From: Euglena gracilis
Lineage: Eukaryota
Assembly: GCA_039621445.1 (NCBI GenBank)
Contig: CP154954.1
Location: 41,347,572-41,411,571 of the forward strand
Direction: 5' to 3'
DNA: 64,000 nt
Shown in pieces: positions 1-11,900 of the stretch (the stretch's first letter is position 1; each line of letters begins with the position of its first letter). The notes beneath the pieces are model-generated. The model did not search any database. It was not told the origin of the DNA and saw only the letters and a program-made list of their open reading frames with translations. Position numbers and translations under genes: made by a program.

Positions 1-1303
1 TTGTGGATGCAGAAAGCGGGGGGGGGGGACCAGACCCTCTCCTCTGCCTTCCCTCAAGAGCCAACCCCAAATTCTCACCCAGAACGTTTGCTGGGAAATC
101 TCAAACCCAATGCCGCTATTGGGCGCTGAAGGTGCCTTTTTTTGTTTGCAACAAACCAATTCTCTTCTTTTTCTGACACCAAACTCAAAAAAAAAGGCCC
201 GATTGTTGCAAAAAAAATTAAAAAACACCAGACAAAAACTCAACCCTCCAAGGAGTGCCCAGCCAAGGCTTCCAACCCGCCCTCTGTGGGTTTGCCCTCC
301 CCAGAGGGATGGCACACCCCAGTCTCCAGGGAATCCCTTGAGCGTCCCCCCCACCGGAGGGGGTCAGCTCAAGAAATTCCCTGCCCCAGGCCCATGGGCA
401 CCGGGCGCCAGCCCCGGGCTTGAGCTTGGGCTTTGGCTGGCGCCAAGGATCGTAAAAAAACAACAACAAAGAAGAATAAAATTGACCCAGTAATATTTCA
501 TACAAACACATGCATGTGCACATCTTGGTACATACAACATATTATCCGGATAAAATGGCAGGAAACAAGAATGACGCAATGACTGAGGGAAAACTGAATT
601 AAAAATTCCAAGTTTGGGAAAATTGATGATTCATCAATCTGCAGGTGGCGAGGGACTGATAACAAGTTAAAGCCCCCCCCCTGCCCCAACTCCTCTCAGC
701 ACCCCCCAATTGGCAACCCTGGGCCTTCCCTTCCCAATCATTGAACATCCAAAATGAGATTGCTCCGTTTGAAACGAAACTTTGAAAATCTGGCCTGGCC
801 AAACAAAGATGGGGCGCAATCTCATGTTGTGTGAACATGCACCACCAATGCACATAGACACCATTTACCATCCTTGGGCATCAATTGATGGCGATGTCCT
901 CTGTTCACCGCAGCTTGGTCTTCAACTTCCTCCACGCCCGGCGCAGGGCGTTTGGTCGTGTGCAGGGCGCAGCACTGGGGCTGTGCGGCACAGGGGGGGG
1001 GGGCATTGAGAAGGATACCCCATCCCAAAGGTAACCACGCCTGTCTGATTTCAGGACATACTCCCACCAAACAATCAATTTAACTGGAAAAAATAACAAC
1101 AGACTGTTCCAAAAAAGAACAGAAAATTCATTTTTTTTTGCGTTTCTTCCCCCCCCAAAACTCTTATTTAATGCATTTTATGCCGTTTTTGTGCATATTG
1201 CAAAATCGCATTTTGGAGATTTGTTCAACAAATTGGCAAAAAGAGGCCAAAAGAAGCACAAAACACCAGGGAAGGGTTTTTTCTGGGTTTCAGGGGTTCC
1301 CAG

Positions 1304-1532
1304 CAGGGGTTTTTTTTTAAGACCAGGGGGTGGGAGCCCCCCCCGGGGGAGATCCGGGGGACCAATCAATTTCCCCAAAGAATGACCAAAAATTGTGAAA
1401 ATGCAAAAAACAGCACCTTGTTCAAAAATTTCCGGCGCCTTCGGCGTCGAAAAGTGCATCCCACCACCCCCTGGGGGGACCCCCCCAGGGGGAGGGGGGG
1501 CTCGGCGTTCAAGACTAAAAAAAAAACCTTTG
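1304..1532. mobile_element. hAT-type MITE, family A (degenerate)
   Basis: CAGGGGTTTTTTTTTAAGAC...GACTAAAAAAAAAACCTTTG; flanks GTTCCCAG / GTCCCCAG. Confidence 0.6.
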
Positions 1533-1628
1533 TCCCCAGACCCCCCTGCTCAAAACTAACGCTCACTTCCTGCCATGAGGGTCCTGGTTGGTCACACCTT
1601 CCCCTGGGGGAGACCGGGGGGGGGGGGG

Positions 1629-1758
1629 CAGGATTTGATAAGGATTTGATAAGGACAGGCGGGGGGGTGGTCCGGACCCCCCTGCAGGCCAGGAGGGGGG
1701 GGGGGTGGGGGGACAACCCCCAACCTAAACCATGTTCGCCCTCCTTATATCAAACCTG
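1629..1758. mobile_element. hAT-type MITE, family D (short, internally deleted copy)
   Basis: CAGGATTTGATAAGG...CCTTATATCAAACCTG; G8 flanks; homologous to 7466-7876. Confidence 0.65.
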
Positions 1759-2113
1759 GGGGGGGGGTGCTTGGGGGGGGACCGACGTTTGGGTAATTTT
1801 GGGTCCAAAAAAAAAACTCGCACCAAAAACAAAAGCAAATCTGGCAGGACACCGGCGGCCCCGGGGAGGAGGTTCGTCCCCCCCCACCCCGGACAACGAA
1901 ACTTTAAAAAAAAAAACGTCTGAATTCACGAACCCTGGGCACTGAACCCTGGCTGGACTGGCTCCTGCGCCGCAGCATCGGCCGGCGGCGCAGCGGGCTC
2001 CGGCGGCGGCGCTCCAGGCTGCGCCGGCGGTTGCGGCGGTGCGGCGGCAAGCCATTGCCTTTGATGCTTTGATGGGAGGGACGGGGTGGCCTGGGTGTCT
2101 CATCCCCCCAGCT

Positions 2114-5100
2114 TCAGCTGAACACAAACCCTGAGTTCCTTCGAGGGGGTCCACGCTGAAGGAGGGTTGGCCTGGCTGTTCTGCCGGGAAGTGCAGGAAA
2201 GGGGGTTGAGGGGTGGGGGGTTAGGCAACGGTTTGCACGGCAGGGGGGTTGCCGAGCCCGAGGGCTTCGCGAAACCAGGCGATCATGCCAGGCGGTGGGG
2301 GCGGTTGCCGGTCCCGCCAGCACTGGAGGGGCCGTGGCACAGGGCCATGCACTGCGCAAAAAAGCATTGGAGGGGCTGTTTTGATGAAGGGGCGGGGACT
2401 GACAGCAGGCTTCCTGTTGAATAATGTTACTGAAAGGCGGCGTCGGAGGTGGACAAGGCTGATGTGTCACCCATCTGGGCATTAAGGCTTAAGCCAGTCA
2501 CACAATATGTATTCGGAGCGCGACCCCATAAAATCATTCGTTCATCGCCTTGCCAAACAGTTTTTTGCGGGAGGTGCCTGGCACCAAAAAGCCTGCCAAA
2601 AAATTACATGCTCCACCCACCTCCTGAAGGTTTTTTTTTGGGGTCCATGTGCCCCTGGTGGTGTCAGGTAGTTTGGAATGGCTGGGAAACCACAAGAACA
2701 ATTTGGGAGGAGGGAGGGTCACGGCACCCTGCCCCCCCCCCCAAAGAAGGGGCAAAAGAAGGAAGAAAAGAAGGAAATAAGAAAGGAAGCCTGGGTGCAG
2801 GACTAGGGCGTGTAGGCCCAGGTCCCCCAGGCCGCCGGCCGCGATGGCGATGAGTGGGCCACCCGCACGCCGTAGGAGGCGGCGTTGTGCCGCCACGCCT
2901 GGTCCCACTGGGGGGGGGGAGGGGAGGGGAGGGGGAGGGAAGGGGCCACGCTCAGGCTTCGTTTTTACCAAACCCCAAGGGCGGTGCCTTGTGTGCTGTG
3001 GAGGGTGCCTGCCCACAGCAGGCACCCTGGGGGGGGGTTCGGCCCCTGGTCCTGGTGCTCTGACAACCATCCCAGCCATTTTTTCCCTTTGTCATTAAGG
3101 GACTATGGCCATTTTTTCAGGTTCCTCTCGACACCGGATGTGCCTCTCCGTTGTTCTCTCGTTTTTTAGCCCTGCCACAACTCCCCCAAAAACTTGACCC
3201 ACACCCCACCCCGGTGGGGTGTGAATCCTCCAAACCCCCCCCCCCCTCACCAACCTGCCCCAACAACACCCACCCTGAGGGGGGGGGGCCCGGGGGGCGG
3301 TGCGGTTCTGTTTTATGCAGGACTTTTGCTAAGGGACCGGGGGGGGGGGTGGGGGGTTTGCGCGTGTTGTATACGGGTGGATAGGTTAGGTACTGGTAGC
3401 CAATCGGCTTGACGACACTGGAAAATGGGACTAGCCAGTCACCCCCCTCCCCTCCCCGGGTGGGAGGGTTTGGTCCCCCCCCACGGACTGGAAAAAAATT
3501 TTACTCAGCGCTGTGCGCCGGAGGAAAAAAAATGAGGGATTTTTTTTTTTTTTTTTTTTTTATTTTTTTTAACCGGTTTTGGGCATGATTTTGTTTCCAA
3601 AAAATCCAAAACAATGGCCCAAAAAAAAACGGGCACCATTTTTGCGAAATTTTTGGCCCCGCCCCCTGTCTCCCCCTCCCCTCTTTTTCCCCCTCCCCTT
3701 CGTCTTTGTTTCAAAAAAAAAAAAAAAAAAAAAAAGAGTTCCAAATTCCCAAAAAAATGGTCCAAAAACGGGCATTGGCCATTTTTGGGGCCCAAAAAAA
3801 TTCCACCAGAGCCCTGGCTAGAAATCCCTAGCCAAATTTGGACTAGCTGGTTCCAATCCCCCCCCCCCCCAGGGGGGTACTGCACCCCTTCAAGCAGAAG
3901 CCTGGCTCGTAGCCTGCCCACCCAAATTTGACCCCCTCAGGTTGGAGTCAAAAAATTACCCTCCCCCCCCAACCTGCCCACAGCACCCACCGGGGTGAGG
4001 GGGGGGTACTGCAGGTCAAGCACAAGTGCGACTTTCCTCAAAAAGAAGTCTGGCCACGCTGTCAAATGAAAAGCAAAAATCAAAACACATTTTCCAGCCC
4101 TCCAGGGGGGGCCAGTGGGGGTGGGGATTTCTGAGGCAGGGCGTGGCCCACCGTAGCCGTTGCCTTCGACGAGGGGGCGGAGGCGGGCAGCGGTAGCGTG
4201 GACGAGGGCGGCGGCGGCTAGCGGCGGGGGGCCCCTTGTGAGGGGGGAACGATGCAGCCTTTCCATTTCATTTCATTTAAACAGATGCTGAGAGTCTCGG
4301 AAACTGTGAGAAAATGAACTGAGGGGTGGAACTTCCCCCCCCCCCCTCCGTTTCCACTCTCATCTGGGTCCGAAAAATTGAATGTTCCCTTGAAAACTGA
4401 CAATCAATCACTCAAGTGCAGGTGACCCCCCCAGGAAGGAATACATCAAACAAAACCAAATGAAAATTTGGCTGCCGCTGAGACATACCCCAGGGAAACT
4501 GATGGACAGACAGCGTAAACTTAAATGGACAGGTGCAAAACAGCGCCAAATCTGAATCATGTCCAAAGGGGGGGGCAAGTGGGAATGCCAACGAGATGGG
4601 GTGAGGGCAGGATGCGATATGAAGGCAGGTGGGGGGACGACACCCCCCAGGTGTCATCCCAGGTGGAGAGAAAGACCCCCAAGGACCCCTGCCCCATGAA
4701 AGCAATGGATCAGGTGAGTGGCTTCGGGGGTGGACCCCGGCACCTCCCCCACCCGAGTGGGTCCGGGGGGACGACCCCCCCCCCGTTCTATCGAACTCTG
4801 GTTGAGAGACAGTTTGACCAACCCACAGAGACACCCCGATCGCGCTGCATGGGTAGCGGCGGGGCACCCACAGCAGCCGTGGGCGGAGGTAATCCACCCA
4901 CAGCCAGCCGTAGGTGCCAGCCACCACTGCCCACGCCAACGCATTGGCCAGGTGGCTGTCGATGGGCGAGATCTGCGACAGGGGCGCGCCGTTCCTCGGT
5001 GGACACTTCTGGCCAGGGGTTTTTTTAAAGACCTGGGGGGGGTTCCCAGGGAATCCACTCACTTTTCCCAAAAATGGCCAAAAATCGCAAAAATGCTGAA

Positions 5101-5902
5101 AACAGCACCTTTTCAAAAATTGGGGGCAGGGGTTTTATTAAGACCGGGGGGGCGGGGGTCCCCCCACCCACCCACCCCCCGGGGGGGGGGGGGGGGCGGG
5201 GGGGGGGGGTCCCGGGGGACCCACAAAAAATGGCCAAAAAATCGCGAAAAGTGCTAAAAATAGCATCTTTTCGGCGCCGCAGGCGCCGAAAAGCATATCC
5301 CACCCCCCTCTGGGGGGACCCCCGGGGGGGGGGCTCGGCCGGAACCCCCCCCCCCCCTCCTCCCCCCCCCCCCAGGGGTCCACGACTAAAAAAAAACCCC
5401 TGGTTGGGGGCTTCGCCGGACCCACCCACCTATCCTCCGGGGGTCCAAGACTGAAAAAAAACCCCTGCTTCTGGCCAAACCCCCAAAATGGGTCTGTTAG
5501 GGATCTGCAACAACCTGTCAGGGAGGAAAATCACTGCAGAGAAGATTTGCCGCTTTGCACTGAGAAATACGTTTGGGTGTTCACCAACCAGGGTTGGGGG
5601 GGTTCTGTTGTGAAAAAATCCTCATCACCCAGTTCGGGGGGTGCTTTCCAAAAAGGAAATCTGCCTGGCCACCCAGCGCCGCCCTGCGCATCGAGCTGGC
5701 GGCGCCGATGGCGGTGAGGAGGGGCACCAGCCACCAGCAGCAGCCACGGAACTGTGAGACGGGGGGGAAGGGGAATGCAAGAGCACGTTGGGATAATGCC
5801 GGAAAGAAGGGAAGAGTTCATTGTTTTAAAGAGGGAGGGGGGCACCCACCCCCCAAAAAGAAAGGAAGAGGAGGTCCGGGGGGGGGCCGTGCGTTTATGG
5901 GC

Positions 5903-5946
<44 letters not shown>

Positions 5947-8900
5947 CTAATAAAAATAATAATGATAGTCGTCGTCATCATCATAATCACCCCCCCCCCT
6001 GATTTTCACAAAAGCGTTCAAGTCGGCAAAAATTGGCAAAATGGCAGAAAATTTGAACATAAAAATTTGGCTTTGGAGCCAGGGTTCTTTTTTTTTGAGA
6101 CTGGGGGGGAGGGGGTCGGCATCCACCCACCCACCCCTTGGGGCGCCCCTCCCCCGGGGGTCCCGGGTTTGCCCGAAAATGGCAAAAATGCTGAAAATTG
6201 CACCTTTTCGGTGCCTTTGGCGCTGAAAAAGATATGCCCACCAGCACCTGCACCCACCAACCCCCCCCCCCCGCCCCTGGGGGGAGGGGATCCAAGGGAC
6301 CCACCCACCCTACCCCCCCGGGGGGGGAGGGGGGGCCAAGACAAAAAAAACCCCTGAGTGGAGCTTCCATGACAGGATACCGCCCAAACAACGGATTTCC
6401 CTCCAATATGTTTTTTGTTGACTCAAGCAAAGAACTGCTTTCTCTGATCCGTGCGGGAAGTGCCAGGCTGGCTGGAAACATGATAAATACCCAAAAAAAC
6501 ATTTGGCACCAATTTGCGTTTGCACCACCACGACTCCCAGCTGGAAGAAAGGTGCTGGCTTCCACCTATTGGCACTTTCCACTTGGAGCACATGGGATGG
6601 GGGCACATTGAGGAGGCATCACACACCGTGCGGGTCGGTGGCCTGTAGTGGCGGGTGGCGTTCTGGGCGGCTTCGCGGGCGGCCACAGCTGGTGCCCACT
6701 GTGAAGGGAAAGGGGATGTAAGCTTCAAAATCAGAATCGTTGGCAGGTGCAGATGCATCTGGAGAAGAATGTTTCCCCAAACCCCAAAGAATGCCCAAGG
6801 TTCAAGTGAGGATTTTCTTGGGACCGCAGCAGAATTGGAAAAGGGATTTTGAATTACGCGTAAATTGGACACCAGATGAATGAAACTTGCAAAAATATTA
6901 CACCTGGCGGGGTTTTTTTTTTAAGACCGGGGGAGGGGGGGCCCCCCCCACCCACCCCCCCCCCAGGGGGGGGCCCGGGGGGGGGGGGGGCCGGGGGACC
7001 CACACAAAAAATGGCCGAAAAATTGCGAAAAGTGCTAAAAATAGAATTTTTTCGGCGCCTGGGGCGCTGAGAAGTATATCCCACCACCCTCCGGGGGGAC
7101 CCCCCCCCCCGGGGGGGGGGGGGGGGGTGGGCCAGACCCACCCACCCTACCCCCCCCCCCGGGGTCCACGACTAAAAAAACCCCTGACCTGGCTCCCAAA
7201 GTTTTTTCACGCCTGGCAAAATATTTGCCTCAACGTGTCAGAATTTTTCCCCACAGCCAAAGCCCCCCCCAAATCGGGGCATTTAAGGGCATTTTTTTGA
7301 AAAAATTTTGGTGTTTCGCACCAGGTCCCCTTGGGTGGTCAAAAATCTTCGGCACTTGTCGGGAGGGGCAGCAGACTCACCAAACCCCCCCGCCCCAAAC
7401 TTAAAAAATCTCTGGTCAGCATCCACTCACTCCCAGGGTTGCAGGTGGGCACTTTGGGGGTAAATCAGGGTTCGATATAAGGACAGGTGGGGGGGGGTGG
7501 TCCGGACCCCCCCCCCCTGCGGGCCAGGAGGGGGCGGGGGGGGGGGGGGGGGGGGGGACACCCCCCCCCACCTAAACAGGTGCGCGGTCAGGGTGGCCGA
7601 AAATTTTTGACCCCCCAAAACGACCAAAAGTGCCATTTTGGGCACTTTTTGGGCAAAAATGTGCCAAAAATGCAAAAAACTTTCGGCGCGAAGCGCCGGA
7701 GGAAAAAATTGACCCTTTTTGGGGGGGTCAATTTTTGCCCCCGAGGGTCGGTCCGGACCCCCCTTGCAGGTGGGGGGGGGTGGTCCGGACCCCCCCCTGC
7801 GGGCCAGGAGGGGGGGGGGTGGGGGGGGACACCCCCCCCACCTAAACCATGTACGCCCTCCTTATATCGAACCCTGGGGTAAATATGGAAGCCTATAAAT
7901 TTTTCGTCCCTTTGCGAAAGCAAGGGAGCAAGCACGCGTCATTTCTGGCAACTCATGGCCACCCCCCCCCCCCCGCATGGTGAGGGGCACAGCCACCCCC
8001 CCCCCCATGCACCAACCTCACCCCATTGAAAGACAAAATGAACACACCGGTGCATAGAGGCACCATGGGCACAATGGCACCATGGTGCCATTCACATCCG
8101 TCTCCTTCAGTCCAAAGCGATGGTGGTGTGGCCACGCGCTTAATTTCTCATTTTATTTTTTAATTTTCTCAATTTCTTTTACGTTTGAAGACTTCAGACG
8201 CGCCCGGCATCAAACTTCATTTCATAATTTCCTGTGTTAATGAAGCCCTCAATGTTTTTCACAACGTGTTTCCAATTAAAAGAAAAACTTTTTTTTAAAA
8301 AAATAGGGATGGACCAGGGGCTGCTGGGCCCCAACCCAGAAAACCCCACAGCTGCAGGGCTTGGGTTCTTCCCAGGTCAAAAGAACCCAAACTGTAGAGT
8401 GGTGTGCAACACAGGCTGGGGGGATGAATGAGCTTGGGGTGGAGATAACCGGGGGGGGGCGTGGGGGGCCTGGGCAACGGTGATTCACAGCCGACCCATT
8501 AGTTGGATTCCATTGAACAAAGCAAATAAGCGCGTGGGTGGCAGCGGGCGCAGAGGGTGGGGTCGGCCACCGCGTGCAGCGCCTGGAGGCGCTTCGCGGT
8601 GGCCTCCTCCGCCGTCTCCACGATCCACCAATACTCGCCGGCAGGCTGAGTATTGGTGGAAGGCTGCGATGAAGAGTTTCTTTTTTTTTTTAACTCAAAG
8701 AGGGTCTCAAACAGGGACAGCAACAGAGGTGTCCCCTGAAGCTTTTATGGATTCGGAAGGCACCCAAGGTGGAAAAACTCCACCATATGAAACCCCTCAC
8801 GCTCACCATTGTTCATCGTCTTCGACCCTTTCTTCAAACCCCCAAAGTTGTGTCAAATCAAACAACACCCGGCCTGCTCGAGGAGCTGGCGGATGCCGCG

Positions 8901-11900
8901 GTAGGGGGCGATGACGGGGTTGAAGAGCCGCTCAATCCAGGTGGGGGCAGGGTGCAGCTGGCGGTGCCCCCAGGCCCCATTGGAGCGGAGGGGGTTGGGG
9001 TTCAGACTGGGGGGGGGGATGGCACAAAGCACCAGGCTGAAAACGTTGCCCTCCCCCAGAATCGGCCGAAAGAGTTACTTTGGGCACTTTTGGGGCAAAA
9101 CTTGTCAAAAAAAAGTCCAAAATTGCCTAAAGAAACCCACAGAAGTGGAAAATTTTGACTTTTGGGTTCTTGGTCAGGACCCCCCACCAGGGTTTGGTAT
9201 AAGGACAGGTGGGGATGGGGTGGTCTGGATCCCCCCCTGCGGGCCAGGAGGGGATGGGGGGGGACACCCCCCCACCTTAACAGTGGCGCGGTCTGGGTCA
9301 CCGAAAAACTTTGACCCCCCCAAAACGACCAAAAGTGCCATTTTGGGCACTTTTTGGGCAAAGTGTTGCCAAAAAATGCAAAAAATTTTCGGCGCGAAGT
9401 GCCATAGGAAAAAATTGACCTTTTTGGGGGGGTCCCGGGTTCCCCCCCAGCGTTGGTCCGGACCCCCCTGGCACGTGGGGGGGGGGGGGTCCAGACCCCC
9501 GTGCGGGCCGGGGGGACACCCCCCACCTAAACCATATACGCCCTCCTTATATCAAACCCTGCCCCCCCCCCTACCACACCACCTCAACAAAAACCGAAGG
9601 GCGTCCCATTTCTCCTGGGTACCATGCTTGTGCTTACCGACCGGGGGGGGGGGGGTGGGTGCTATAGGGTGCTTGCCCCTAGCAGGCACACCGGGGGGAT
9701 AGGGGTCCGGGCCGGACCCAGAAAATTTTCATTGAAAATGGCCTTTTTTGGGCCCCCGGCGCCTTTGGCGCCAGGATCGGAGGGGGGTGCCTGCTAGGGG
9801 CAGGCACCCCCCAAAACCCTACCCCCCCCCCCCCGAGGGAGGGGTCGGATTGGGTGCTATGGGGTGCCTGCCCCTAGCACCCACCCCACCCCCCGTGGGG
9901 TAGGCACCCGACTAAGCACAAGCCTGCTGGGGACCCTGGATGAGGTAAAAATCCCATTGAAAAGGTTTCAAACCCCCTTTTCATAATTTTATACGCTTTT
10001 GAGAAAAAATCAGGGGTTTGGGGCTCAAATTCTATCAAAGAAAAAACTCCTCCAAACCCCATTTTTTGTTTCAATTTGGACCATTTTATTTGTTCTCGCA
10101 CCAGAAAAATTTTACTCTTCCTCCCCCCTGAGTTTCATTTCCTCGAAGATTCTGGAGATGGGTCACAAAGTCTGTTGCCCATAAATAGCCACCATCCGCT
10201 CGGATCATACATCTCTTTAAGGACCCCGGGGGGGGGGGGTACTGGGCTAGGGCTAGAAATTTGGGCTGGCTAGAAATTTGGGCTGGCTAGCCCCCCCCCG
10301 GGGGGGGGGCTAGGCCCCGGCTGGACCCGAACCGGGGCGAGCTGGACTGAAATCGGAAAAATGCCCAAAAATGACCTGCAGAACACAGCTTTGAAAAAAT
10401 GATGCATCTGAAACCCCCCAAAAATGCCCCAAACGCCCCCCAAACCCCATTTTTGGCCACTTTTGAACACAATTTTTCAAAAAATTTCGGCGCAAAGCGC
10501 CGAAAAATTTTGTGCTGGACCCCCCAAAAAAGGGGCTGGCTAGCTGGGCTAGCAGCACCCCCCCCCCGGGGGGGTGCTGCTGCGGCTGGGCTGGGCCCAA
10601 ATCGGGGCTGGCTGCAGCCGCCCCCCCCCGGGGGGGGGTCGCAAAACCTTAGAGAGATGTATGGCTCGGATCATCAGCTCAGGGCTCAAAGGCATCATTG
10701 TCCACTGACCCTGTCCCTTGCACATCACCCTGGCCACTCAGGCCAACTGAACAACTGCTTTTTGAGCATATTTTCTCCACTTTCCAGAATTCTGAAATCC
10801 CCTTCGGCCATTTCCGGAGGACCTGGGGGGGGCAAAGCCAAAAAAAACACCCCAATGGGGTCTGTGTGCCGGACCCGCTCCTGCTGCGCGGCGTCGTCGT
10901 CCGCTTGCTGGAGGCGCTTGGCGGTGACGACGTTGGCGGCACGCGGGGTCTGTGGAAGGACAAAAGGGAACAAAGCATAAACGTGGCATAGACGCCACAT
11001 TTATGGGGGGGAGGTAGCGTGGGTGGGTCCGGCCGAGCCCCCCCGGGGGGATATGTTTTTCGGTGCCAATTTTTTTTGAAAAGGTGCTATTTTTTGAGCA
11101 TTTTTTCGCGATTTTGGGGGATAACTGAGTGGTTCCCCCAGAGTCCCCCCGGGGGCCTTGCATAAACCCACCCAAATGACTTGGCGGGGCTTCCTCCTGG
11201 CAGTGGCCGAATAACTTGGCGGGGGGGGGGAGGGGCAAATAAAATGGTTCCAATGACTTAGCACCCCCTTTTTAAGGCAAAGTTCCTTCACGATGCTGAA
11301 AAAAACCCAAAAACCAAAAATTATAAATTAAAAAATTAAACATTCCAAACTCAACAAAATCTTTAAAAACAACACCCAACACAAAAAAAACAATAAAAAA
11401 CCAAAACAACCACCACCCTCACAAAACACCCCAAACCACCCACACCCAAATCCCCCCTTCCCCCCCCCCCCCTTCCCCCCCCCCCCCCCCCCCCCTCCCC
11501 CCCCCTTCCCCCCCCCCTCCCCACCCCCCCCTCCCCCCCCCCCCTCCCCCCCCCCCCCCCCCCCCCTTCCCTTTTACCCCCACCCACCCCCCACCCCAAC
11601 CAACCCCCCGCTCTCCCCCCCCCACCCCCCCCCCTACCCCCCACCCCCACCCCCCCAAAAAAAGTCAAAGTGTGCTTCAACGCTGCTGAAAAGGTGCCCG
11701 AAATAACCTGGCAAGGGGGGAAGGGCCAAAAGTTGTTTCCAAAAAAAACCTGGCACCCCACCCCCCGCCATATGGCTGGGGGGGGGGGGTTTATGCCGGA
11801 AAACAGTTTTGAGCAGTTTTTGGGTTGGGGGCCTCGCTGAAACAGCACACCAAGCGAGAAAAGAAATGGGGAACCTGGGACTGCCCCACCCAGCCAGGCA

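Larger units (their letters stand above)
905..2400 (-). other. Terminal exon(s) or 3' region of the minus-strand gene, with a nonconventional intron at 958-1954
   Basis: The in-frame stop is at 2114 (2221 in another frame). The junction |AGC-CAGGG...CCCTG-CACAC| joins 1955 to 957, giving ...QEPVRPNALRRAWRKLKTKLR* in a different frame. The reading frame is unresolved. Confidence 0.4.

Noticed and set aside
11300-11660. Nearly G-free A/C tract and Gly-rich ORFs
   Set aside because: It looks like a low-quality consensus across a G-run region, so I make no biological claim.
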